In this document: positions 51,001 through 61,722 of the stretch, piece after piece
How the letters are laid out: each line of letters starts with the position of its first letter
Position numbering within the stretch: the first letter of the stretch is position 1
DNA from: Leptolyngbyaceae cyanobacterium
Lineage (GTDB): Bacteria > Cyanobacteriota > Cyanobacteriia > Phormidesmidales > Phormidesmidaceae
Reading direction: 5' to 3'
Length of the DNA: 64,000 nucleotides
Assembly (NCBI GenBank): GCA_965263355.1
Contig: CBDHHL010000056.1
Span: forward strand, 2,400,001 to 2,464,000
The notes under the pieces: generated by a model
Database searches by the model: none
The model's input: the letters and a program-made list of their open reading frames with translations, nothing else
Told to the model about the DNA's origin: nothing
Translations under genes and position numbers: made by a program

Positions 51001-51615
51001 CTAAGCCAACAGCAATGCAAACAAACCACACAGCGCTATGCCATCAAAGATGCCCGCTCCACCAATACTGAGATGACCAGGTGACAGTCGTTCAATTTCA
51101 CTCAGATGCAGCAAATCTGCACCGATGAGCGTGCCTAAAATTCCCCCTGCAAAGGCGATACTGGGAGCAGCCACTGCCCCCACAAACCAGGCGCACACAA
51201 CCGCCGTCAAGGGGGACACCATGGCATTCATCCGAATTCCCTGCCCAGGAACAACTTGGGCCGCCCAATAGCTGACCAGGGTAACGATGCCAGTGGTCAC
51301 CAGAATGGGTAAAACATAGCCCCGCGTCAACTGATACACCGCCAAGATAACGGGAATTAGCCCCCCACCCACGTTCAGAGAAACGACACTAGACCGCTGA
51401 TGCCAGGTCATGCCAGCGGCTCGAAAGCTACGTTGGTAAAGGGGAATATTAATACTGCTGCCGATGACAATGGCGGCTAATAGCAAAATGGCCAGGGAAG
51501 GAGAAAACCCTAACTTAGCGACGGCAACTGTCACCATATCCAGGGTGAAACCAGTAATCACTAGCGGTAGCATCAGGATCACCAGTAAAACCACAATAAT
51601 GGGTAGAACAACCAT
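51001..51615 (-). CDS. DUF1614 family membrane protein
   Basis: GSSINIP, LNVGGGLIP, GTLIGADLLHL, SIGGAGIFDGI. Confidence 0.88.
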   Translation of the reverse strand: MVVLPIIVVLLVILMLPLVITGFTLDMVTVAVAKLGFSPSLAILLLAAIVIGSSINIPLYQRSFRAAGMTWHQRSSVVSLNVGGGLIPVILAVYQLTRGYVLPILVTTGIVTLVSYWAAQVVPGQGIRMNAMVSPLTAVVCAWFVGAVAAPSIAFAGGILGTLIGADLLHLSEIERLSPGHLSIGGAGIFDGIALCGLFALLLA

Positions 51616-51824
51616 CGTTTGTCCCTCTGTTAAGTTCGCTCATACCCAAATCTCAGGTGTCCAGGTACACCCCCAGTGTGGCGCGAATAATCAGGCCTGT
51701 AGGGTAGAAAACTCCGTACTTTCCAGGGACGGATGTTACCAGGTGAATACCCAGGTCTCATACTCTGTAGGCTGCCATATAGTACGCTGATAGACCTAGC
51801 TGTTTCGTTTTCGGCATTATCACC

Positions 51825-53273
51825 ATGTCTGTTCGCGTTCGGATTGCGCCGAGTCCCACTGGCAATCTTCACATTGGGACAGCCAGAACTGCGGTTTTTA
51901 ACTGGCTGTTTGCCCGTGCCCAGGGCGGTACGTTTATCTTGCGGGTAGAAGATACAGATGTAGAGCGTTCCAAACCTGAATACACCCAGAATATTATGGA
52001 TGGCCTGCAGTGGCTTGGATTGAACTGGGATGAAGAGCCTGTTTATCAAACCCAGCGCATGGGTCTGTATCAGCCCAAAATTCAAGCATTGTTGGATCAG
52101 GGACTGGCCTATCGTGCCTACGAAACATCGGCAGAGCTGAACGAAATGCGGGAAAAACAAAAGGCCCGCAGTGAAGCACCTCGGTATAACAATCAGCACC
52201 GTGATCTTACCCCTGAAGAAATTGCTGCATTTGAAGCCGAGGGGCGTCAGGCAGTGATCCGTTTTAAGATCGACGATGACCGTGATATCACCTGGAACGA
52301 TATGGTGCGCGGTCCAGTGCATTGGAAGGGACGTGATTTGGGGGGCGATATGGTGATTGCGCGGGCGTCCTCTAGTACGGAAATTGGTCAGCCGCTCTAT
52401 AACTTTGTTGTGGTTGTGGATGATGCTGATATGGCGATTACCCACGTTATCCGGGGGGAAGACCATGTGGGCAATACGCCAAAGCAAATCTTGCTGTATG
52501 AGGCAATGGGTATGCCAGTGCCGCAGTTTGCCCATACGCCACTAATCTTAAATGAGAAGGGAGCCAAGCTGTCTAAGCGGGATGGGGTGACCTCGATTTC
52601 AGACTTTCAGGCCATGGGCTTTACCCCCGAAGCACTGGCTAACTATATGACCCTGTTGGGATGGTCTGCGCCTGATGCACAAGAGATATTTACCCTCGAT
52701 GAAGCGGCCAAAATCTTTGGTTTCGAGCGAGTGAATAAGGCAGGGGCTAAATTTGATTGGGATAAGTTGGATTGGATTAATAGCCAGTATCTCCATCAGA
52801 CATCCCCAGAGGACCTGCTAGGGCTAATAGCGCCTTACTTAAAGGAGGCGGGATATGAGTTTGATTTAGCCACCGATCAAGACTGGTTACTTAAACTAGC
52901 TGCCCTAGCAGGTCCTAGCCTTACCCGGTTAACTGACTGTGTTGACTTGAGCCGGTTTTTCTTTACGCCTGCCATGGACTTTTCTGAGGCAGCGACAGAG
53001 CAGCTTAAAAAAGACGGTGTAGCAGAGGCAATGCAAGCTGTACTAGATGCTCTAAAAGCCCATGAGGGGCTCCATGAGGTGAGCGACGCCAAGGGGCTGA
53101 TCAATCAGGTGACGAAGACCTTGGGCGTCAAGAAGGGGCTGATTATGAGATCCCTCCGGGCGGCTCTAATGGGAGATATGCAAGGTCCGGATCTAGTGGA
53201 GTCTTGGTTGATTTTGCACCAGCGAGGCTTTGACCAGGGACGTTTGGAGAGTGCGATCTCACTCTCTAGCTAA
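51825..53273 (+). CDS. gltX: Glutamate--tRNA ligase
   Basis: [13 protein letters not shown] (HIGH), RVEDTD, RGEDH, KLSKR. Confidence 0.98.
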   Translation: MSVRVRIAPSPTGNLHIGTARTAVFNWLFARAQGGTFILRVEDTDVERSKPEYTQNIMDGLQWLGLNWDEEPVYQTQRMGLYQPKIQALLDQGLAYRAYETSAELNEMREKQKARSEAPRYNNQHRDLTPEEIAAFEAEGRQAVIRFKIDDDRDITWNDMVRGPVHWKGRDLGGDMVIARASSSTEIGQPLYNFVVVVDDADMAITHVIRGEDHVGNTPKQILLYEAMGMPVPQFAHTPLILNEKGAKLSKRDGVTSISDFQAMGFTPEALANYMTLLGWSAPDAQEIFTLDEAAKIFGFERVNKAGAKFDWDKLDWINSQYLHQTSPEDLLGLIAPYLKEAGYEFDLATDQDWLLKLAALAGPSLTRLTDCVDLSRFFFTPAMDFSEAATEQLKKDGVAEAMQAVLDALKAHEGLHEVSDAKGLINQVTKTLGVKKGLIMRSLRAALMGDMQGPDLVESWLILHQRGFDQGRLESAISLSS

Positions 53274-53337
53274 CCCATTAGTTATCGATCCCTGGCATGT
53301 TCACTACGTAACAGATTGCTCCTATCTGAGAAATTAC

Positions 53338-53361
53338 GTTACATTTAGTAAACAATGTAAC
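53338..53361. promoter_or_regulatory. Inverted pair of HLR1-like half sites upstream of ftsH2
   Basis: GTTACATT-tagtaaac-AATGTAAC. Confidence 0.5.
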
Positions 53362-53489
53362 TAATAAAACTCAATTAGCTTATCGAATTACCGTTGGCTG
53401 ACGTTGAGTTTTTGCGGTTTTCTTTTAGAACATACTGTTGAATCTGCTTACGCAGTTAGGACTGTTAATCAAAACGAGGCCACCGAGAT

Positions 53490-55382
53490 ATGAAGCTTTC
53501 TTGGAGAGTCATTTTGCTCTGGACGCTGCCAGCCCTGTTGATTGGGTTTTTCTTCTGGCAGGGTTCTGTGGGCGGAGACCCCGCAAACATAAGTCGTAAT
53601 ACGGCCAGTACCCGGATGACCTATGGTCGGTTTTTAGATTATTTAGATGCTGGCCGAGTGACGGCGGTTGACCTCTATGATGGTGGCCGCACAGCCATTA
53701 TTGAAGCGGTTGATCCACAGCTAGATGATCGTGTAATGCGCTGGCGTGTGGACTTGCCTGGCAGTGCTCCTGAGTTAGTAGAGCGCCTTCGCGATGCGGA
53801 TATTAGCTTAGATTCCCATCCGCCTCGCAATGATGGTGCTTTAGTAGGCATTTTGGGAAATCTACTGTTTCCCTTTCTATTAATTGCTGGTCTGTTTTTC
53901 CTCTTCCGTCGGTCTAATGGCGGTGTTGGAGGTGGTCCTGGTCAAGCCATGAACTTTGGTAAGTCCAAGGCTCGCTTCATGATGGAAGCCAAGACAGGCA
54001 TCATGTTTGATGATGTGGCCGGGATTGACGAGGCGAAAGAAGAGCTACAGGAAGTCGTAACCTTCTTAAAGAAGCCCGAGCGGTTTACAGCAGTAGGTGC
54101 CCGCATTCCCAAAGGTGTGCTGTTGGTTGGTCCTCCAGGAACCGGTAAAACTCTGCTGGCGAAAGCGATTGCCGGCGAAGCGGGTGTGCCTTTCTTCAGT
54201 ATCTCCGGCTCCGAATTTGTAGAAATGTTTGTGGGTGTGGGTGCCTCTCGCGTTCGCGACCTGTTTAAGAAAGCGAAAGAAAATGCGCCTTGCATCATCT
54301 TTATTGACGAGATTGATGCGGTTGGTCGTTCCCGTGGTTCCGGTATCGGGGGTGGTAACGATGAGCGCGAGCAAACCCTTAACCAAATGCTCACTGAGAT
54401 GGATGGTTTTGAGGGCAATAGCGGCATCATTGTGATTGCAGCAACTAACCGGGTAGATGTGCTGGACTCTGCCTTGTTACGTCCCGGTCGCTTTGACCGC
54501 CAAGTATCGGTTGATCCGCCAGATATCAAGGGCCGTGCGGAAGTATTGGAAGTCCATGCTCGCAATAAGAAATTGGCCGACGAAATTTCGTTGGATGCGA
54601 TCGCTCGTCGCACCCCTGGTTTTACTGGCGCTGACCTAGCCAACTTGCTCAATGAGGCCGCCATTTTAACCGCTCGCCGCCGCAAAGAAGCCATTACCAT
54701 GTTGGAAATTGATGATGCGGTAGACCGTGTGATTGCTGGTATGGAAGGTACGCCTCTAATTGACGGCAAGAGTAAGCGTTTGATTGCTTACCATGAAGTT
54801 GGCCATGCGTTGATTGGTACTTTGGTAAAAGCCCATGATCCCGTACAGAAGGTGACCCTGATTCCCCGTGGTCAGGCCCAGGGTTTGACCTGGTTTACCC
54901 CCAGTGAAGACCAAATGCTGATTTCCCGTGCCCAGCTATTAGCCAGAATTACCGGTGCATTAGGGGGTCGTGCTGCCGAAGACATCGTCTTTGGTGAGGC
55001 TGAGGTGACCACAGGAGCAGGCAATGACTTGCAACAGGTGACTACCATGGCACGGCAGATGGTCACTCGCTTTGGCATGTCCGCCGAGCTAGGAGCGCTA
55101 GCTCTGGAAAATCCTCAGGGTGAAGTCTTTCTTGGCGGTAGTTGGGGAAATCGTTCTGAGTATTCAGAAACCGTCTCCCAACGTATCGACGAACAGGTGC
55201 GCGTCATCGTTGAGCAATGCTACAACAATGCTAAGTGCCTGATCCAGGAAAATCGTGCCGCGATGGATCGAGTCGTAGATATTCTGATCGAAAAAGAAAC
55301 CCTTGACGGAGAAGAGTTCCGTCAAATCGTGGCCGAATACACCACAGTGCCTGAGAAAGAACAGTTTGTCCCTGTTTTGTAA
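53490..55382 (+). CDS. ftsH2: ATP-dependent zinc metalloprotease FtsH (FtsH2 type)
   Basis: [11 protein letters not shown]...[12 protein letters not shown]-terminus typical of FtsH2; [23 protein letters not shown]. Confidence 0.93.
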   Translation: MKLSWRVILLWTLPALLIGFFFWQGSVGGDPANISRNTASTRMTYGRFLDYLDAGRVTAVDLYDGGRTAIIEAVDPQLDDRVMRWRVDLPGSAPELVERLRDADISLDSHPPRNDGALVGILGNLLFPFLLIAGLFFLFRRSNGGVGGGPGQAMNFGKSKARFMMEAKTGIMFDDVAGIDEAKEELQEVVTFLKKPERFTAVGARIPKGVLLVGPPGTGKTLLAKAIAGEAGVPFFSISGSEFVEMFVGVGASRVRDLFKKAKENAPCIIFIDEIDAVGRSRGSGIGGGNDEREQTLNQMLTEMDGFEGNSGIIVIAATNRVDVLDSALLRPGRFDRQVSVDPPDIKGRAEVLEVHARNKKLADEISLDAIARRTPGFTGADLANLLNEAAILTARRRKEAITMLEIDDAVDRVIAGMEGTPLIDGKSKRLIAYHEVGHALIGTLVKAHDPVQKVTLIPRGQAQGLTWFTPSEDQMLISRAQLLARITGALGGRAAEDIVFGEAEVTTGAGNDLQQVTTMARQMVTRFGMSAELGALALENPQGEVFLGGSWGNRSEYSETVSQRIDEQVRVIVEQCYNNAKCLIQENRAAMDRVVDILIEKETLDGEEFRQIVAEYTTVPEKEQFVPVL

Positions 55383-55461
55383 TCAAGACCTCTTTTTAAT
55401 GGCCGATTTTGGCTCAAAATTAGGTCAATCGTAAACTTCCAGACTCTTAAACAGAAACAAC

Positions 55462-55506
55462 AGCAACGGGTGAGGTAGCATCGAGTGCCTCGCCCGTTGC
55501 TATTTT
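55462..55506 (+). terminator. Intrinsic terminator after ftsH2
   Basis: agcaacgggtgagg...cctcgcccgttgct followed by atttt. Confidence 0.7.
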
Positions 55507-55672
55507 AAGTTGGCCTATTTGTCCGTAGGGGGAACAACGACAACGCCAATAGCATCTATAACGTTTATCCTGAAACCTATGAAACTAACTGGAAACACAT
55601 ATTTAGTTTTGGGAAATTTAGGTTTTGATACCCATTGTTCCTACTCCCCTCGTTTTTCCAACTTAGATTGTG

Positions 55673-56203
55673 ATGAAAAAAGCGATTCTTTTGTCTGCCA
55701 TTGCCGTAATTTCGACGTTAATGGTAGGTCCCTCTGCTGACGCTAATCCTTCCTGTTATATGTTGGATGCCGAGGGAAATACCGTTCACTTAGGCCACCT
55801 ATGTGGAGAAACGAGTAGCGAGACGGAGCCATCAACCTCCAGTTCTATTTCGACTGAGCCAGTGACATCGACGGATCCGGAACCTGCCAATGGCATCGAG
55901 GCTGCTCCCACAGAGGCTGCTCCTACTGAACCTATCTCCACAGAAGCAGATACGATTTATACCCCTGAGTTGATTGCCGAATGGATGGACGGTTGTATAT
56001 ACGGAGCCACAGGTGGTGCCGCCAATGTGTCAGCCGATGCAATCAATTCTGTACAAGCCTATTGTCAATGCACCATTGACACCATGCAAAATAGACACAC
56101 CAGCGACGAATTTGTAGCGATTCTCGATAGTACATTGGCTGGTTCTGTACCCCCTGCACTGCAGGATATTATTGACTACTGTGCGAGCCGTATTTTTGGA
56201 TAA
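55673..56203 (+). CDS. Secreted Cys-rich hypothetical protein
   Basis: Signal peptide (ADA), CYML...LGHLC, Pro/Thr/Glu linker, C-terminal DGC...YCQC...YC. Confidence 0.75.
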   Translation: MKKAILLSAIAVISTLMVGPSADANPSCYMLDAEGNTVHLGHLCGETSSETEPSTSSSISTEPVTSTDPEPANGIEAAPTEAAPTEPISTEADTIYTPELIAEWMDGCIYGATGGAANVSADAINSVQAYCQCTIDTMQNRHTSDEFVAILDSTLAGSVPPALQDIIDYCASRIFG

Positions 56204-56237
56204 TCGCTAGAGTTATTTACCTAAAAGAGTCAGGTGT

Positions 56238-57311
56238 ATGCCCAAACTGTATTTAGCAATTACTAATCATGGTTTTGGCCATGCCACGCGAGCCGCGTCA
56301 GTAGCGGTGACGTTGCAACAGCATCGTCCTGACATCGACATTATTTTGGCAACGACGGCTCCTCAATGGCTACTACAGTCTTACCTGCAGCCTGGGCAAG
56401 TAACCTACAGACCAGTGAGTTTTGATATTGGTGTGCTGCAGAGTGACAGTCTGACCATGGATAAGGCCGCCACCTTGGAGAAACTCAAGTGGATTTGTAA
56501 TCATCAGGATGAAATACTTGCGCCAGAAATTGAGTTTATTAAAACCACTGGCATTGATCTGATTTTGGGCGATATTCCCCCCTTGCTGACCCAGCTGGCT
56601 AAGGCGGTAGACCTGCCCTGCTGGATGATGGGTAACTTTGGTTGGGACTTTATCTATCGACCCTGGGGTGGTGAATTTGAAGCCATCGCGGATTGGATTG
56701 CGGATTGTTTTGGGGATTGCGATCGCCTTTTTCGCCTACCCTTCCATGAAGCAATGACAGCATTCCCTAACATCATCGATGTGGGTCTGACGGGGGGCAA
56801 CCCTAAGCTGACCGCTGATGAAATACGGGCCAAGTTTGGTATTACCACCCCCAGCGATCGCACTATTCTGCTCACCTTTGGTGGCTTGGGTCTGGCTCAA
56901 ATCCCCTATGAAAAGGCACTGCCTAGCTATTCTGATTGGCAGTTTATTACCTTTGATCGGCAGGCACCGGACCTGCCCAACCTGATTAAGATTCCAGAGA
57001 CTGGTCTGCGACCTGCGGATCTGATGGTGGTGTGCGATCGCATTGTCTCCAAACCTGGCTATAGCACCTTTGCCGAAGCCTGTCGTCTAGATCGAGGGGT
57101 GCTCACCATCCCCCGTGAAGGGTTTGCTGAAGCCCCTCTTCTACTCAATGGCATCCAACGTCATGCCCATCATCAGATTTTAGGCAGTGATGCTTTTTTT
57201 GATGGCAACTGGTCGTTTTTAGACCAACCGTTAATGCCGCCTACTGGAGACAAGCTATCCCATAATGGCAATGAAGTCATTGCTAATGCTATTAGTGATT
57301 ATTTGACTTAA
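56238..57311 (+). CDS. GT-B glycosyltransferase-like protein (arabinokinase N-terminal-like)
   Basis: ITNHGFGHATR, NFGWDFIY, LTFGGLG, SKPGYSTFAEA, REGFAE. Confidence 0.85.
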   Translation: MPKLYLAITNHGFGHATRAASVAVTLQQHRPDIDIILATTAPQWLLQSYLQPGQVTYRPVSFDIGVLQSDSLTMDKAATLEKLKWICNHQDEILAPEIEFIKTTGIDLILGDIPPLLTQLAKAVDLPCWMMGNFGWDFIYRPWGGEFEAIADWIADCFGDCDRLFRLPFHEAMTAFPNIIDVGLTGGNPKLTADEIRAKFGITTPSDRTILLTFGGLGLAQIPYEKALPSYSDWQFITFDRQAPDLPNLIKIPETGLRPADLMVVCDRIVSKPGYSTFAEACRLDRGVLTIPREGFAEAPLLLNGIQRHAHHQILGSDAFFDGNWSFLDQPLMPPTGDKLSHNGNEVIANAISDYLT

Positions 57312-57359
57312 TATTGCGCAAGACTCAAAATTTTAGGTAATACCAAAATGGTGCATCAA

Positions 57360-58496
57360 CTAGGCAGCTTGCCTGAGTTGGGCATTAACCATGGCCATTT
57401 TGGTGGGCAAGGCATAGTCTTTAGGCAACTGAGTACCAGTCAAAATAGCATTGCTTAAATCTACATCCGTTAGCTCAGTATGACTGAGATCAACGTGACT
57501 GAGGTTGGTATAGGTCAACTTGGCATTCTTTAAGCAAGTGCCCTGTAAATTCGCTTTGCTCAAATTGGCACCACTCAGATCAGCGCCTTGCAAATTCACA
57601 TTTTCTAAATTGGCCTCGCTCAGCATAGTTTTACGACAGTCCGTCTGAGCCAGGTTGCTATTTTGCAGCTGAGCATGACAGAGGCTAGTGCCCACCAAAC
57701 TAGCCCCAGTTAAAATAGCGTTTTGAATCTGTGCGTTGTTCAGATTTGCCTGATTGAGAATCGTCAGATTCAAATTAGCCATCATCAAATTAGCCCCTGT
57801 CAGCAGGGCACCTGTGAGAATGGCGCGATCTAGAATCGCTCTAGCAAAGTTACTGTTACAACCATTCACATCCTCTAAAATCGCCTGGGTAAGATTAGCC
57901 TCACGAAAATCAGCTGCATTTAGATTAGCTTGTCGCAGATTTGCCTGCCGCAGATCCGCCGTATAGAACAGGCTTTTTTGTAAGTTGGTATAGCTCAGAT
58001 TACAGTTATTCATCTGAGTCATACAGCCATCCACACCCTTTAAGGATGCCTCACAAAAATTACTATCACTAAAGATGCCTTCCCGCAGATTGCTTCCCTG
58101 CAAATCTGCCATCACAAAATTGGTGTTCTCGGCTTGCACCCTCAGTAAACTAGCATCTCTAAGGTTAGCCTCACGCATATCCACCCCTGCCAAACGGGCC
58201 AAATCAAGTCGGACCTGGGATAAATTTGCTGTATAGAAAATTGCCTGAGTAAGGTCAGCTTGGAATAGGTTAGCACCCGAGAAATTGCTGATACAACTAT
58301 CTACACCACTCAAGTTCACTCTAGGTAACTCTGCTCGGATGAGCAATGCTTCCCTGAGCTGAGGTGGATGGGGTTCAGTCGCTTTGATGCGACGCCAATG
58401 GTTCCATGCAGCAACTCCCTGCATGATGACAATAATCGGACTTGGAGGCAGCATGGGATTAGGATTCAGGAGTAGATGACCGCTCCCACGTTCCAC
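57360..58496 (-). CDS. Long pentapeptide repeat protein
   Basis: QGVAAWNHWR leader plus more than 60 A(N/D)Lxx-type pentads. The true start may be 58454 or 58424. Confidence 0.9.
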   Translation of the reverse strand: MERGSGHLLLNPNPMLPPSPIIVIMQGVAAWNHWRRIKATEPHPPQLREALLIRAELPRVNLSGVDSCISNFSGANLFQADLTQAIFYTANLSQVRLDLARLAGVDMREANLRDASLLRVQAENTNFVMADLQGSNLREGIFSDSNFCEASLKGVDGCMTQMNNCNLSYTNLQKSLFYTADLRQANLRQANLNAADFREANLTQAILEDVNGCNSNFARAILDRAILTGALLTGANLMMANLNLTILNQANLNNAQIQNAILTGASLVGTSLCHAQLQNSNLAQTDCRKTMLSEANLENVNLQGADLSGANLSKANLQGTCLKNAKLTYTNLSHVDLSHTELTDVDLSNAILTGTQLPKDYALPTKMAMVNAQLRQAA

Positions 58497-58953
58497 ATCT
58501 CAGTTTTTTAAGTGAAAACACCTAGTGGACGTGGCTTTAAGCTTTAAAAAAGCACCTGGTATTTGTAAGTTCAAGATTCCCGACTGAGCCATTGATACAA
58601 CGCTCATTCGGTATAAACTTTAGGTTGCTCATCATCAAGCTATTGGTCCGTCAAGCCTAAGATTTAGGATAAAGCTAGTAAAGAGTGAAGAGTCAGGCGG
58701 GATGAAGAGTAACTCTTTACCCTATAGCTGTGGGGACATAGCTGACGCTAATACTCTTCATCAATACAGAACCTAATTTTTAGCGTTGACGCTGCGTTAG
58801 TCTGGTTTAGCTGTGACAAAACACTAAGCTCATCATTGTCGGACGTTACATTAGCTTGACCTTAGGGAAAACTATAGGTTTTAACTGGGTCGTGATGAAA
58901 GTCCTGCTCTATGCTGAAAAGCATTATGAGTCTCGATTTCAGAGGGCATCGCC

Positions 58954-59397
58954 ATGACTCCTACCACATCAACGTCCGTGCATTATCAGACTGTGCTCAG
59001 GTTAGAAACTCGTCCTAAATCGTTACAGCGCTTTACGATGCAGGTGCAGGATGCTGTTCGTGAATCTCGTGTACGCACTGGGCTATGTTGCCTATTTTTA
59101 CGTCACACCTCAGCCAGCTTAGTGATCCAGGAAAATGCAGATCCTGATGTATTAGTTGATATGGAAAACTTTTTAGCCAAACTCATCCCAGAGGGCAATT
59201 ACTATCACCACAGCGCCGAAGGTCCCGATGATATGCCTGCCCATTTACGCACAGCATTAACCCACACATCTGAGCAAATTCCTATCATGAATGGTCGATT
59301 AGCTCTAGGGACCTGGCAAGGAATTTATGTGTGGGAGCACCGTAACCATGGCTATCGCCGTGACGTAGTAGTACATATTACAGGTGAAGCCTGGTAA
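58954..59397 (+). CDS. yjbQ: YjbQ / UPF0047 family protein
   Basis: HTSASLVIQENADPDV, EGPDDMPAH, LGTWQGIY..EHR. Confidence 0.93.
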   Translation: MTPTTSTSVHYQTVLRLETRPKSLQRFTMQVQDAVRESRVRTGLCCLFLRHTSASLVIQENADPDVLVDMENFLAKLIPEGNYYHHSAEGPDDMPAHLRTALTHTSEQIPIMNGRLALGTWQGIYVWEHRNHGYRRDVVVHITGEAW

Positions 59398-60358
59398 GGA
59401 AATCGTTGAGAACGACAAAACAAGCATGACCATTAATCTGGGGGGAACCCCAACACCGCCACCGGGGTTTCGTTCAGGATTTGTTGGCATTGTGGGACGC
59501 CCCAATGTAGGTAAGTCAACACTGATGAATACCCTGGTCGGGCAAAAGATTGCGATTACCTCACCGGTTGCCCAAACTACGAGGAATCGACTGCGGGGGG
59601 TGATGACCTTACCGAATGCTCAGGTAATTTTTGTGGATACCCCTGGTATTCATAAGCCCCACCACGAGCTGGGCAAAGTGCTGGTAAAGAATGCGCGCAT
59701 TGCCATTAATTCGGTGGATGTCACCCTATTTGTAGTGGATGGAACCAGTGAGTTAGGCCGTGGTGATCTGTTTATTGCGGATTTGTTAAAGCGAAGCGAA
59801 GTGCCGATTGTTTTAGGCATTAACAAAGCTGATTTGCAGCCCGATACTAAAGCTCAGATGATTGATATTAGCTATCACTCTATCGCTGAAGAAAATGGCT
59901 GGCCTGTGTGTAAATTTTCAGCCGTGACGGAAACGGGTTTAGATGATCTGAAACGTTGTTTAATTGAGCAGTTGGATGTTGGTCCTTATTATTATCCACC
60001 TGATTTGGTAACAGACCAACCGGAACGGTTTATTATGGGCGAGCTGATTCGGGAGCAGGTGTTGCTTCACACTCGCGAAGAGGTTCCTCATTCGGTGGCA
60101 GTTACTATTGAGCGGGTGGAAGAGACTCCCTCGATTACCAATGTGTTGGCAACAGTTTTTGTGGAACGAAATTCTCAGAAGGGTATTTTGATTGGCAAAA
60201 AGGGATCGATGATGAAGACGATCAATACAGCAGCCCGTGAGCAAATGCAAAAGTTGATTGCTGGCAAGGTGTATTTAGAGGTGTTTGTGAAGGTACAATC
60301 ACGTTGGCGACAGTCGCGATCGCACCTGGCGGACCTAGGCTATCGAGTGGAAGAGTAG
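59384..60358 (+). CDS. era: GTPase Era
   Basis: GRPNVGKST, QTTRN, DTPGIH, NKAD, EEVPHS, KH domain IGKKG. The start may be 59426. Confidence 0.97.
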   Translation: MKPGKEIVENDKTSMTINLGGTPTPPPGFRSGFVGIVGRPNVGKSTLMNTLVGQKIAITSPVAQTTRNRLRGVMTLPNAQVIFVDTPGIHKPHHELGKVLVKNARIAINSVDVTLFVVDGTSELGRGDLFIADLLKRSEVPIVLGINKADLQPDTKAQMIDISYHSIAEENGWPVCKFSAVTETGLDDLKRCLIEQLDVGPYYYPPDLVTDQPERFIMGELIREQVLLHTREEVPHSVAVTIERVEETPSITNVLATVFVERNSQKGILIGKKGSMMKTINTAAREQMQKLIAGKVYLEVFVKVQSRWRQSRSHLADLGYRVEE

Positions 60359-60399
60359 AGCAGTTTTTAATCAAGCTGTAGCCCCCTTTGGGCTACCAT

Positions 60400-61431
60400 T
60401 CAGCCCGCTGCTCGAATAGCCTGCATCATTCCGTCTGCATATCGTGCAGCGATCTCCCTCTCATTATCGGTTAACCGGCTCAAAATCTCTTCAAGTAGTA
60501 AGTGAGTCCCTTCAATAATCATCTGCCAAGGGAGGCCAATACCTTTGAAGATGTAAGTACAAAAAAACACCAGCTCTTTTTCAATGACATCCAATCTTCC
60601 CTGCAGTAAACATAACCATAGATAAACTTGGAACATACCAAAGTCGCGCAGTGACGAACGCCTTATCTTTATGGTGTTTATGCCTCCTCTAGGCCCAGCA
60701 TACGTATTAAACTGTTTACTCCATCGTCTATAGGCGGCCAAAGAAATATCAGAGAGACTCACCAGCATTCTCTCAATTAGTTGGTATTGCGGCGCAAGCT
60801 GATCACATTGGGCGGCTACCAGACAAAGCTGAGACCAAGGAATAGAGACATATTCTTCTAACAGATCGCAATAGGGTTTGAGCATTGCCTGCTCTACAGG
60901 GTCTAAAACAGACAGTAGAGAAGCGCTCGTCAGACTAATTTGAGATGTGAGAAAACATTGAACTAGCCAATCTTTTGACGCAGAATGTTGAGTCTGAAAC
61001 TCTGAAAAGCAGGTTTCTAGATGGTTAGCTAACGTATGAATGGTAGGAAGGCCAAACTGCACTACAGAAGAAGCTCCTGCTGTAGTATTAACTTTGGATG
61101 AATAAACTACCAGTGGTTTTTGTTGTTGATAACACTGTAAAAGGACAGGAATAGTTTGAATTGTAAATTTAGATAAATCTACGGTGTCGTTAAACTGTAA
61201 ATACTCATGCTGCAAATATAAGCTTTTAGTTCTAGCTGCCGCTGCATGAGAGGCTTCTTTTATCAGTCTTTCAGGCAATTTTGCCAGTGTTTTCTTACGA
61301 CCAGTATCAGAGGCTACGAACTCTAATGAATATTTTCTAAAGTCAGCTTCAGTGGTAGATATATCATTTACTGTAGCAACATATCTAGCTCTCCAAATAT
61401 CTAACAAACGTTGAGGTATAGATGCTTGCAA
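60400..61431 (-). CDS. Hypothetical protein with a phycobiliprotein/globin-like C-terminal half
   Basis: SSLRDFGMFQVYLWLCLLQG...GIGLPWQMI.EG...LSRLTDNE...AARY parallels xCLRDxxxYLRxxxYxxxAG...LGVP...EA...Y. TTG start is uncertain. Confidence 0.6.
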   Translation of the reverse strand: MQASIPQRLLDIWRARYVATVNDISTTEADFRKYSLEFVASDTGRKKTLAKLPERLIKEASHAAAARTKSLYLQHEYLQFNDTVDLSKFTIQTIPVLLQCYQQQKPLVVYSSKVNTTAGASSVVQFGLPTIHTLANHLETCFSEFQTQHSASKDWLVQCFLTSQISLTSASLLSVLDPVEQAMLKPYCDLLEEYVSIPWSQLCLVAAQCDQLAPQYQLIERMLVSLSDISLAAYRRWSKQFNTYAGPRGGINTIKIRRSSLRDFGMFQVYLWLCLLQGRLDVIEKELVFFCTYIFKGIGLPWQMIIEGTHLLLEEILSRLTDNEREIAARYADGMMQAIRAAG

Positions 61432-61663
61432 ATACTGAAAATTATTTTGCGTACTTATTCTAAAGTCAGTACAAAAGTTTTTTACCTATACTCTAGTCTG
61501 CTCAACTATCCGGACAATTATTAGTTCACGATGAAAAGATAAAACTTACAATGATTCTTCAGTAGTATTGCGGTCTATTGGAAGCACATATATCGCAACC
61601 AAGGTTCAAACTGCTCTCTGGTATATCTTGACCGATCTCCCCCGCTCAAATAAACCTTAGCAG

Positions 61664-61681
61664 CCTACCGATATCGGTAGG
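61664..61681. repeat. Perfect 18-bp palindrome downstream of dnaB
   Basis: cctaccgat|atcggtagg. Confidence 0.6.
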
Positions 61682-61722
61682 TGTAGAACTCAGTTATTGA
61701 GCAGAAAAACCCTCTGTTTTCC

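Noticed and set aside
51630..52535. 301-aa minus-strand ORF
   Set aside because: Antisense to gltX; no recognisable motifs.
53274..53489. Possible tRNA after gltX
   Set aside because: No cloverleaf or GTTCGA T-loop is visible.
53942..54769. 275-aa minus-strand ORF
   Set aside because: Codon-bias shadow of the conserved ftsH2 AAA domain.
57360..58496. Periodic 15-nt DNA pattern suggesting an array
   Set aside because: Explained by pentapeptide repeat coding; no constant repeat-spacer structure, so not CRISPR.
58700..58870. Possible TPP riboswitch upstream of yjbQ (GGGG...CTGA...GAACCT...AGGGAA)
   Set aside because: CTGAGA, ACCTGAT and the paired stems are not properly present. The 11-bp inverted repeat at 58701/58752 does not fit the TPP fold.
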